From positions 1,070,536 through 1,134,535 of the forward strand of contig NMRA01000013.1 of assembly GCA_002633005.1 (NCBI GenBank): a DNA stretch of 64,000 nt. The letters run 5' to 3'. The translations under genes were made by a program, and so were the position numbers. The notes beneath the pieces are model-generated. The model was not told the DNA's origin. It searched no databases and saw only the letters and a program-made list of their open reading frames with translations. Below, piece by piece: positions 27,483 to 36,757 of the stretch (within the stretch, counting starts at the first letter, position 1; each line of letters starts with the position of its first letter). The stretch comes from Phoronis australis. Lineage: Eukaryota; Animalia; Phoronida.

Positions 27483-28011
27483 TGTATGTATGTATGCATG
27501 TATGTATGTATGTATGCATGTATGCATGCATGCATGCATGCATGCATTATTCTTTAGTGCATTGCTTTATACTTATACGAACTTACTAAATAACCAAATA
27601 ATAGTAAACATCAAACAAACCTGATACTTCGGAAACAGCACCCACTAGCGCCAATGTTTCAGTGTCTGGGTAATAGTGGAAGGTCATAAAGGCAGTGACC
27701 TCGTCCAGCTTACAAACTTCCCTGAAATCAAGCGTACATTGATGTTATAATTCATAAGCCCGAGCGGAGACCGACAAAGCAACAAAGTGCCACAAGCAAA
27801 AGAAGCAAACTGGTGAGTGGACTTTTTTGTCAAGCGGAGCAGTCTTGTCCAGCAACTTTGAGAATGGGTCGTCTTGACGTTGTGCTTTTACTATATTAAA
27901 ATGTTGTATTTGGGATGTTTGCCTATGATATACTTACAATATCTTGTCCCAGGCTTCTTGCCCAAATTTCTCCAACACCAGCGCCCTCACGCAACAATGA
28001 ATTTGTCCGTA
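4163..28011 (-). CDS. GUCY1B2: Soluble guanylate cyclase, beta-2-like (span of coding exons 2-12; about 686 aa with the ATG exon)
   Basis: Spliced translation gives H-NOX (YGQIHCC...NLDSLH105...APSFR...HYYSYR), HNOBA/PAS, coiled coil ([14 protein letters not shown]), cyclase ([42 protein letters not shown]) and C-terminal CRLM. Exon phases add up to 2061 nt. Beta-2 assignment is from recalled motifs, not a phylogeny. Confidence 0.9.
5228..5382 (-). CDS. GUCY1B2: sGC exon 11 (155 bp) [51 protein letters not shown]
   Basis: Hand translation; tttgtag acceptor, gtaagt donor; guanylate cyclase signature. Confidence 0.96.
5925..6030. mobile_element. Short hAT-like MITE (cagtggcgga ... tccgccgctg); related ends at about 21268-21281 and 37215-37255
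   Basis: Terminal inverted repeat and a shared ggggccatggccc motif. Confidence 0.5.
6069..6824. repeat. About 14-bp tandem units (tcgacccacgaccc) with an inverted partner near 6795-6824
   Basis: Direct reading of the sequence. Confidence 0.5.
8068..8214 (-). repeat. Identical second copy of sGC exon 10 within a 315-bp tandem duplication (7923-8237 / 8239-8553), probable assembly artefact
   Basis: Copies are separated by a single N at 8238; I see only one difference (8030 C vs 8346 T). Confidence 0.85.
8384..8530 (-). CDS. GUCY1B2: sGC exon 10 (147 bp) [15 protein letters not shown]...SPVTGLPLK
   Basis: ORF 8231..8608; cctcag acceptor, gtatt donor. Confidence 0.93.
9533..9681 (-). CDS. GUCY1B2: sGC exon 9 (149 bp), cyclase [11 protein letters not shown]...YSRFDKL...DVYK
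   Basis: ORF 9491..9706; tttccag acceptor, gtatgg donor. Confidence 0.95.
10228..10373 (-). CDS. GUCY1B2: sGC exon 8 (146 bp), coiled coil [10 protein letters not shown]...[24 protein letters not shown]
   Basis: Hand translation; attttag acceptor, gtaat donor. Confidence 0.93.
10671..10742. repeat. 72-nt hairpin (35-bp arms, 2-nt loop); single arm also at 31142-31176
   Basis: gctagtttcctgcgtgccgctaggtggtagccagc-ac-gctggctaccaccttgcggcacaaagggaaccagc, 5 mismatches. Confidence 0.8.
12803..12974 (-). CDS. GUCY1B2: sGC exon 7 (172 bp): GQMMSL...FIGSPRL...[17 protein letters not shown]
   Basis: HNOBA signature; ttttag acceptor, gtaac donor. Confidence 0.94.
14027..14527 (-). CDS. GUCY1B2: sGC exon 6 (501 bp), end of H-NOX, linker and PAS/HNOBA
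   Basis: ORF 14019..14522 ([12 protein letters not shown]...LVIKG); ttgtag acceptor, gtgagt donor. Confidence 0.93.
14765..15497. repeat. Inverted cgaaa/tttcg-rich ends, MITE-like
   Basis: tttgtaaaag...acgaaacgaaac vs gtttcgttt...ctttacaaa. Confidence 0.45.
15750..15798. repeat. (TA)n(TG)n microsatellite
   Basis: Direct reading. Confidence 0.95.
15873..16260. mobile_element. PIF/Harbinger-type MITE
   Basis: Imperfect TIR cagccgatttcatgaag / ctttaggaagtcggttg, TTA on both sides, many internal agaccagg/cctggtct motifs. Confidence 0.65.
16344..16420 (-). CDS. GUCY1B2: sGC exon 5 (77 bp): [25 protein letters not shown], YxSxR heme motif
   Basis: ttttcaaag acceptor, gtaagc donor; not in the ORF track, translated by hand. 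Confidence 0.93.
16741..19096. mobile_element. Non-autonomous TIR element (about 2.35 kb) with internal array of TGTAGTGTACGTACCC
   Basis: Perfect 24-bp inverted repeat aaatcacaatcaaggtccatattc at 16749-16772 / 19065-19088; right end reads CACGG on the minus strand (CMC/Chapaev-like); no TSD recognised. Confidence 0.8.
21380..21563 (-). CDS. GUCY1B2: sGC exon 4 (184 bp), contains heme-ligating His105 (NLDSLHALL) and APSFR
   Basis: Part of ORF 21376..21627; ccatag acceptor, gtaag donor. Confidence 0.95.
21665..22560 (+). repeat. Dispersed repeat, diverged copy at about 23950-24010 and 25660-26130
   Basis: Shared aagcccac...catcacaaaaa, ttggcgctctcta, aggtggcgctga-cgcctg, aaaatcagctatt. Confidence 0.7.
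23667..23740 (+). mobile_element. tRNA-derived SINE head; related copies about 23050-23105 (-), 44630-44705 (-), 63437-63500 (+)
   Basis: A box tggnggcgcagtggtaaag and B box gggttcgaatc; cloverleaf stems not intact. Confidence 0.65.
24552..24660. repeat. Two-copy 55-bp tandem repeat
   Basis: tttgtggtgaattc...actagac...caccttttgttca twice. Confidence 0.85.
27441..27546. repeat. (TA)n(TATG)n(CATG)n compound microsatellite next to exon 3
   Basis: Direct reading. Confidence 0.95.
27621..27721 (-). CDS. GUCY1B2: sGC exon 3 (101 bp): [33 protein letters not shown]
   Basis: tttcag acceptor, gtttgt donor; phases fit both neighbours. Confidence 0.92.
27938..28011 (-). CDS. GUCY1B2: sGC exon 2 (74 bp): [24 protein letters not shown](L)
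   Basis: tttttccag acceptor, gtaag donor; matches the H-NOX N-terminus and the ATG/74/101 exon layout of sGC beta genes. Confidence 0.93.
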
Positions 28012-28111
28012 CTGGAAAAAGATGTGGAGAAGTCAAAATACAAAGTTATAGATTTCTAAAACGGGCAACGAGTAGCGAGTGTCGATCCGATTTCTTGATT
28101 GTGCAAATTAA

Positions 28112-28740
28112 AGGAGAATGGCACCCAAAAACAACCTATTTTGTATCAATTTAGATCGAGTAGTTCCAAGTTCAGTAGTTTTACCTGACACCTAACGGCA
28201 GACAGAGGTGTTGAAATTAACCAATGACGCAATCGGTTCGAACGCAGTCTGTTCAGCCGTTCACAACACGCTTACTGGTGTCAACTTATCGCTTGAATTC
28301 ATCGTTTTACACCAATGAATCATCAAAATTCGATGTAAACCCCTTACAAATACATCGAGGTCTTGAACAAACGTGTTGTTTTATTTTACTGTTACGTACA
28401 GTAGCCTACAGAGTTCGGTAGGCCAATTTACCATGGTCGATCGCGGGAGTTTGGGTCTGTTCGTACTTTTCATTCTTCACTACCCCCAGTCACTTCCTAA
28501 GCATTTCGGGCTCTCAGTTTCTTTGCAGCTTCATAGTTCGGACAAGCAGGAACGATGCAGTGTAATATAGCGGCATTCACTCTGCAGATGAACCACTGAC
28601 GTAGCTGCGTTATTTCTCACCTTCCTCACAGGTTAACGCGACACCTCTCGGCAAGGTGAGGTCGATCGTATAAGAGGCGATGTGGATATTGACCGATTAA
28701 GACGGCAAAAAAGACTTATTAAATCGGGTAGCATTCTCCT
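28112..28740. mobile_element. TTAA-flanked TIR element (Kolobok-like ends)
   Basis: ttaa|aggagaatggcaccca ... cgggtagcattctcct|ttaa. Confidence 0.65.
28432..28434 (-). CDS. Candidate start-codon exon end A (gaccATG|gtaaat)
   Basis: Good Kozak context, phase-0 donor, 420 bp upstream of exon 2; lies inside a TTAA-flanked TIR element. Confidence 0.5.
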
Positions 28741-29079
28741 TTAAAGACCGAACGAAAATTGAAAGCAATTTGTCCCGTCTTGGAATCAATCCGGTGAAGT
28801 TAATTTCCTAGTCAGCATAATGAAATGGTTGGAACAAGACAAACAACACATGTATCTTCCACAGCAAGTGTCACTCCATTGGCGACCACTCTACCTAGAA
28901 GTAACAGCGCAAACGGAAATTTAGTGAAAGTATTTAGTTATTATACAGCATACATTAAAGACTATCAATATTTTACAATTCTTGCAATGAATGTTTTCTG
29001 CAACAGTTGCTACATGTGTTCCCAAACACCTTACGCTAACATTTTAAAGTCCTTCTCTCACGCGTTGTTAACCCTTATT

Positions 29080-30550
29080 ACATGGTTAGAGGATGTTATA
29101 GGGACCTAAGAAGTACTTACCCCATAAATAATACACAATTCGTACTCGAAAAAAGTTTAAATGAACGCGCCACTCACGATTCGCACCCGAAGAACGACCG
29201 CCATTTTGAACTTGCCGCGAACCCGGAAGTACAATTCATTCAGGAACCCAGGCCGAGAAAACGCCGTCAGTGCGACTGGAGCAGTGCCTGTACTGTTGCC
29301 AGCCAGCAAACAGGGATAAAATAATCGACAGCGCGCCTTAACAATTTTATCGAATTTGCTGAAGAAATGTGGCGAATAAATTTTGACAGAAATTATTTTG
29401 TCAGACTCGGGACCGCAGCCTATCGGACCCGGTGCGGATCGAGACCAGACACTGGCGAACGGTAAATGCATGCGGTTGCAAGCTGTTTTGTCGAAGTAAA
29501 ATGGTCAAATCATAAATGCTGCATATATTCAAGGGTAGTTTCAGACACTTGCATGAAATTACGGGCACAAAAAACACGAAAATTGAACAAAGTTTCTTTT
29601 TTGTAGCAACGTTTGGCAAAATGTATCAACGTTAAATCTTGACAAAATACAAAGTAGCCGATTGAACATGCCTTTCAGTTCAGCAAAAGTCGCCATGTTG
29701 TCGGTGCCGCCAGAAATGAGACAAAGTCCAACGGGAATTGTGAGCACATTTCACTTAATGAGTAACAACTGCGAGGCTGAAATTTGGTGAACACTTTTAA
29801 ATCGTGCAGAATAGTAAGTAAAGATATGTTTAACTAAATTTCACCGTAATTTGTTGGCGAAAACAAATTACACAAAGTTTTGAACTCCTAACTTATCCCG
29901 CTGTCCTCCAATATGGCCGACGCGATCCAAACAAAGTGACCCCGAAATTTTGCCACAAAACTTGCAATAACTTTACACTGCTTGACCCGATTTTGATACT
30001 TTTTCGATTTTTACTGAGTAGAATGTACTACCTTTCCGATGATAGCAAAGTACTTTTTCAAAACGAGAAAAAAAATAAAACCGAAAAAAATTGGTTCGAC
30101 CCATATTGGTTCCTAGGTTCGACCGGCCTACATAAGGAACTAAACACCAATGCTATTTTAACATACTAAGTACGTGTAACATTCCAAAAAATCAACGACC
30201 ATTAACTAAAAACTATAAATACACTACATATGCAAACGAATCACGACATATTGCTAATAAAACAAAATAATGAAGACTTTTCGAGCAAGCGTTAGCACAT
30301 TCAGTTACAAGGAAAAAATGGCGGCGTTCAGGACAAGTTCCTGAACTGATGAGCCGGAAATGTGGGTACGGAAATAACCGATGACAGCCGGTAATTATAC
30401 GCTCTCAGAGAAGGGTCAAATACTGTTAAAAAATCGCGTTTGGCAAGAAAGGCGAAACGAATATAAGGAAAGGGTGACGAAAGTAAGAATTTATGTAGTA
30501 AGTATTTTCGGATACTGGAACCACATGGGCAGTTTGAGAGAAGGACTTTA
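29080..30550 (+). repeat. Dispersed repeat, diverged second copy at about 38660-40620
   Basis: Collinear blocks: aatacacaattcgta, cactcacgatt, ccggaagtacaattcattcag, gggataaaa, ttcagga...ttcctgaac. Confidence 0.75.
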
Positions 30551-33500
30551 AGATTCCGGAACATTAGCTCTACAAAACCGTGACATTGTGACCCTGACCC
30601 AGGGTGGCGCTACATCACGTGATATTGGTCGCTAGTTCCTTAAGCAGGTATCACGCAGTAGCGCGCGCTTTAGCATTGGTTGATGTAACCTCGGCAGTCA
30701 TTGGTTAGCATTACAACAACGTGAAAAAATGGCGGACTATGAACGATTTTTAGCCTTGTCATGCAAGTGGCGTAGCAGCAGCTATTTCGTTTCTGCAGCA
30801 ATGTTTATTGGCCGCGTGTTTGAAACACATACATGTACAATAAACACATATTATCTGGCCGATTTGTCCGGTGTGTTATTCATACTGCATGAATACAGGA
30901 CAAAAGTCATCGACAGTAGAAAGATGCACTCCGAAAAGGCGCAACCACAATTTCTGGGATTCACATTTCCTGAACATGAAGTTTAAGCACCGATTTGTCT
31001 GTACAACTGACCACTTTTACACTTCCTCCATTAGTCATGCCAGTTTGTTTGCGTAAAGCGCTGCCTGTTGAGAATTCGACCAGCCAATCAGAAACGCCGG
31101 CGTAAAAAAATTTCCCAACGAAAATTAAGTGATACCTGTGTGCTGGCTACCACCTAGCGGCACGCAGGGAACCAGCGACGCGATATTGCTGCGCGTGCAC
31201 ATGGTCAACAATGTTATGGAGAGGTGTTTTCGTAAACAGAGAAACAAAACAGTGACTACGTTTCACAAGTTCACCATTTACCCGATTTTTCGGATTTCAT
31301 ATTTGAACGTATGGAGTTACATGTATGCTCTGTGGCAGATAAATTAAATAGATAGAAAAAAATAGATTGGACTCATTGATATCCTTTAAACATTCGTTAT
31401 TTGAATATGTGATGACCACGACGTACTTCACTAAACGTGACACCTAAAACCAAGGCAGTCAACAACAGAAATGAAATTGATAATAAACACAGACAGCATG
31501 AAAGACGGTGTGTGAAATGCGTTCTGAAGAATAATTTTGGTCGTGGAACTCTAAAGGGAATTTATTTACGTTTTGGATACAACTGGGATCTCCTTTTCCC
31601 TGATGTGACTAAAAAATAGTATTTCACATTTGCAGGTAATAAGTCGCACTCCATTGACAATACATGCACGGCCTTTGCCGGTCCGTCGAATCGAAAGAAG
31701 ACGATCTTCAATTTGACATTGTTTAGGAACAATTGATTGTGAAAAACATCGACGGAATTTGTCCCTAACATTTTACAGTGATAACAGTCCTCAATTGTAG
31801 CCATTTTTACCAAAAGTTCAATCTTAAGCCTTCTACGTAGCAGGCTGACTTTTGGTCTTAATTTTGAACTAAAGAAATCTCATGAAATGCTAAGACAGCC
31901 CGCTTTCGGTCTAAGTTAAGACAGAAACAGTTTCATGAAGCGGGTTCCTTATCTTGAGCAATTATGAACTGTCTGTTTTTCTATGCTCAGAAATCACCTA
32001 GTAATGTGACTAATGACAAACATGAGACATGCAATTCAACTACAGTATTACCCCCATGATTGCAGAACTTCAGAGCAGTCCTCAGCATAGACAATCTCTC
32101 GCTTCATGCAAATTACGAAGCCTAGAACTTGGCAAGATATTTATGTAGGCAATGATAGTCTTGGTTGACCAATGAGACGGCATCAACTTGCACAGACATC
32201 GATACTTTCAAAGTAAAGAAATACTAAGTTAAGAGCATAATTGGTTCGTTCGCTCTCTTATTATAACATGTGTGTTGATTGGTTTATCTGCAGCGTACGA
32301 GCACCCGCCTGTCATTCTTGCTCATAAGATTAACATTTAATGGCGTTTACTCATATACATACAACGCATCACATTTACACAAAAATATAAAAACGGGCGA
32401 GATCTGGCGAGCTCAGCTCCTGTCACTTCCGAGACACAAGACTCAGCATAATCAGGATCAGTTTCAAAACAAAAGATCCATTATACTATCAAATACTGAA
32501 ATTGTCAAAAAATGTGAATAAACAAAACTTTATTAGATCACTTGCTTTGTTGATGACCGTTCAAAAGTCAGCGAAGTAACTATTTTTTTCCGGTGAGCTA
32601 TTCTAGGAAGGGAAGTCTTTCTCAACAGAAAATCACCATGACAACACAGGTGCAGAATTCACAAAACAGGTAGTTGACTGCGTCCTGATGAGGAATTAAT
32701 TTCCAGTAATTAGACTTTGATCACCGTGTACAAGTGTGGATCCAAAGGGGGTCCAGGGGATCTGGACACACACCCCCTGCTCGATCTCCGGAAAGAAAAT
32801 AATTAATGCCATCAAGTAAAGAGATTAAAGAGATGTTAATGACTTCGAAGCTGACTGGTCGATATTTTTCACCAAATTAACTTGAACACCTTTTGATAAT
32901 AGCTGTAACATCGTCAAATTATAGGTGCACAATATCCGTACTGTTTTGGCTTAGACAGAGACTGTAATTGGTTTTCTACATTCAGATGCAAAGCGATTTG
33001 CGCGTGCACTTTTAGTGTTTGGTTCCCCAGGTGCCGAGGGCATGGTTTGACCCCCGTATTGTGAATGGTTAAAACGGAGTAACGCGCTCGAAGAGTAGTT
33101 GAACCCCCACTAACACGATTGGTTAAAATCAACTCACGCGCTTAAAACAATGCATGGATCCGTGGCAATATATTGGTGCCATGCAGTTTCGAATGTTTCG
33201 GTTGTAGGATAAATGAAAGCAAGTTTTCATTGACTCTTTTTTCCAAAAGATAGCAAAGACGTTGGATCCCAAATCAGCATCAATTGCGACGTGTCTACGC
33301 GTTGAAGATACGTCGGTTGCCGATGAAAAATCAGCTGCTCCGTGTTTCTATGCTGAAAGTTCGTCGAGTTGGACAAAATCTCTCAAAGCTCAACGTGAAC
33401 CAGATGAAGTGGTGGACGCAACATATTGCGATGTTGGAACAATTAACAGAATAGACATAAAGTACGAAAAAATGAAACTTATGAAGATGCATTTTCATGC

Positions 33501-33616
33501 AGATAAAAGGTACAATTTTCCTTGTCGTCAGCAGAAGGTTAAAAACCTCAGATTTAATTTGAGTTGATTGGAAACTTTCCCATAGCTAGCATAGACCTCG
33601 CTATTCAATTCCGCAT

Positions 33617-36341
33617 TGATACGCCGTAAAATGTAGCAATTTCGTAAAATGTAACAACTGTTTCATTTACACTGCTACATTTTACGTTGCTGAGCCTCTC
33701 CTAAAATGTAACAAGTTGTTACATTTTACGTAGTTGTTACATTTCACGTCTAACGCACATGCGAGAAATGTGCCATTGTTACATTTTACGAAACCCATGT
33801 CATATTGCAAAGAAAATGACCAAAATCACGAACAAGTGATATCTGACACGGCCAGGGGGTACTGGAATATTTTTAAACGAGGAGTGCCGCGCCCGAAAAA
33901 TTTGAATACCTACCCGTTTAGAGAGTGGGCTCAAACAAAAAAGTGATCCATTTAGAGACTAATTTGTGTAAAAATTCACATTTTCGCACACAGAAATTCA
34001 GAAAAGCCACCTTTTAGATAGCCTACAGTTTTGTCGAAAATGGCACCATTTTGGAGAGTAGTTTTTCTGTGAAAAAACACCTCTTTGGGCTGCATTTTTC
34101 GTATACATCTTCTATAGGAATGACACGGGCTACCTATTATCATTTTTATTTGTATTACGTTAATATCACTACTGTTACTACTGTTAATACTATTACTACT
34201 ATCACCAGTATTACTCGTTATCGTTTTCGTTATCGTTATTATTATTATTAATGTCTTTAAATTTATTTGAGGACACAATACATGTTAGCAAAGTGCTAAT
34301 ATATAATGGTAATCAAAGATTTTAAAATCATCTCATTTACGGTTTAATGTTGTCATCGGGCTTTCAATAGTGGACGGAGAGTGCTTTTCCAAAAGGATTT
34401 TAAAGGGACTCCTATGTTCAGCTTTAACGATATTGATTGTGAGGGACGTCTTGACAGCTGTGGATGCAGCTAGGCCTACTTTTTGAAAACGAGGAGGCTG
34501 AGATTTAAAATCTTATTTAGGCGTGCACCAACTTCGAAAATTAATTATTTCTGAACTATCGGCAAACACTGTATTATTTATAAATATAACTATATCCATC
34601 TGTAGTTTGCCACGAAGAACTGAATTCAGACCGCAATATTGTCTCTGAACATTCCTTGTCAAAGAACTGGGGATCGTTCCACGATGTGTAAGTTCAAAAA
34701 TTGCGTTGAGTTGAACATTGGAGGCAGACAATTTTTTTCGAGAACTAACGACTGGTTGGCTGCGGTCACCGGGTCATTAGACTAGCTGGTAACGGACACA
34801 CAAAACACGTAACGATTTAATGCGAATTGGCCCCAAATTCTTAGAAAAGCACAGTGATTTAACAGAACGATTTAAAATAGGTTCCATTGAAAGTGGCTTA
34901 CATGGAGCACAAAACGCCAACGTCGACGTCACCAATGTTTAATATCAGCATTTAATGCAATGCATCAAAAGGGTTAATGTACCAAATTCCCTGAGATGCG
35001 AGCTGCAAATCAAAAAGTGGCGCCTCATGAGACACCTGACTTCACGTCCATTAGTAACAGAATGGCCAAAGTTTGTCCTAATTTATAGGTACTTAGAACT
35101 AACGACCAATGACCAAATAGCAACTTAATTCACATTTTATCTTAAAAGATAATGGAAAGAGAACGTGCATGATTTTTTTAGTCCCAAAGGCCCGACTGTT
35201 AGCTTTTTTGACTATTGCCCCTTTAAACTATCGACCTAGACCAGGTTTGAGCAAAATGAACATGTCTCTTCAGAGAGCAAAATATTTTCTATTTCCCCAG
35301 CTAGGCATCCCATTTTTACGTATACACGTCACGGTTTGACCTGTTGTTACCACTACTATTTCAGACAAGCTTAACATCACAGAAACAATGATATTTCTTT
35401 CGTTGCTATGCCGTCACTTTTTTAAGATAATGGCTCGCCCTTCTCAAAGGCGATATTTTGCTGTTGCTTTGACAAAATCTGTCAACCTTCCGGCAAATAA
35501 ATGCGTGCTTTTATTTCCTTCCACCGCAACGTCTTTAAGAAATTGTGTTTCGTAACTAAGGTTGTAGACAGCACCCGCCTGCAGCAGAAACTTTGATTTT
35601 GCTCCTTTTGTGTGAAGCAGGGCAATTACTGCATTAGCGATGACTCAAAGGCAATAAAACACTGGCCGAAAAGAATCAAACTATCGTAGACTAAAACTGG
35701 TGTTTTTTCTATCAAATCGGCTTCCGAAACTGAATTTTCAATGAAAAAAATGTTATGAAGAAATACGATAAATATTAGCGACGTCATTGTTGTTCTTACC
35801 AAGGGAAGTGTGTTTACTGTAATATCGGAAACACAATTGGTTTGTAAGCGCCAACAAAAAATTCAAGAGCGGTTTAACGGTAAAAACTTGTTACCTGATC
35901 CTGGAAACTTGTTACATTTTAGGAGAGGTCTAGCAACGTAAAATGTAACAATTGTTACCTGATCCTGGAAACTCCTTTCGTGTGGAGTTGAAATTGTACG
36001 CTGTACATTTTTAGCCATACCATAAAACTAATCGTGTTAAAAAACCATGAAAAATACATAGGGACACATTTATATAGTCGACCTGGCACATTTGATAGAA
36101 TTTGTCAACGGTTTTCCTCCGTGTGACAAATACCATGCAAATTCATGAAATATGACGTCGCTTTCGTAAAATGTAACAATGGTATATTTCTCGCATGTGC
36201 ATTCGACGTAAATTGTAACAATTTCATAAAATGTAACAACTTGTTACATTTTAGGAGAGGTTTAGCAACGTAAAATGTAACAATGACATAAAATGTAACA
36301 ATTGTTACATTTTACGAAATTTTGCATGTTACGGCGTATCA
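33617..36341. mobile_element. Foldback-type element with about 190-bp TIRs built of aaatgtaacaa motifs
   Basis: Ends tgatacgccgtaa / ttacggcgtatca; flanks ccgcat / ccgcac (6-bp TSD, 1 mismatch). Confidence 0.8.
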
Positions 36342-36427
36342 CCGCACGTATGCTTATCTCCTGGACCGACGGTGTCGCCACTATCGTTCGCTGAAAACGG
36401 AGGTGTGTGGTGAAGCAAAAGCAAACT

Positions 36428-36757
36428 AGTCTCTCAATAACTTTTTACACTCGCGGTGTGGTGTGAGTCTGTCCGACGGGATTATGCGACATGGGGAATA
36501 AAACTGAACTGAGTTGATTTGTCTCAAATATGCAAAATGAGCTTAATGTTTAAATCTATTATTTTCGTATTACATTAATCTCCCCTACTTCATTACCAAC
36601 TTGTCATTGGTAATTTTCAGCGCATCATTTGTCTTGTCAAATGTTGTTTGAGACTTGACACTGACAAGTGAACGAGATTGGGATCTATTTTAAAATCAAA
36701 TTACGTCAGATGTCGCACTCATCAAATGTCGGGAGTGTAAAAAGTTATTGAGAGACT
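36428..36757. mobile_element. MITE-like inverted repeat
   Basis: 25-bp perfect IR agtctctcaataactttttacactc / gagtgtaaaaagttattgagagact. Confidence 0.65.

Noticed and set aside
27341-27547. His/Tyr/Ile-rich ORF
   Set aside because: Translation of the (TATG)n microsatellite
30340-30365. CUGAUGA...GAAA hammerhead-like words (also CUGAUGA at about 32686)
   Set aside because: No stem II, stem III or cleavage triplet geometry; the homologous repeat copy at 40410 lacks the motif
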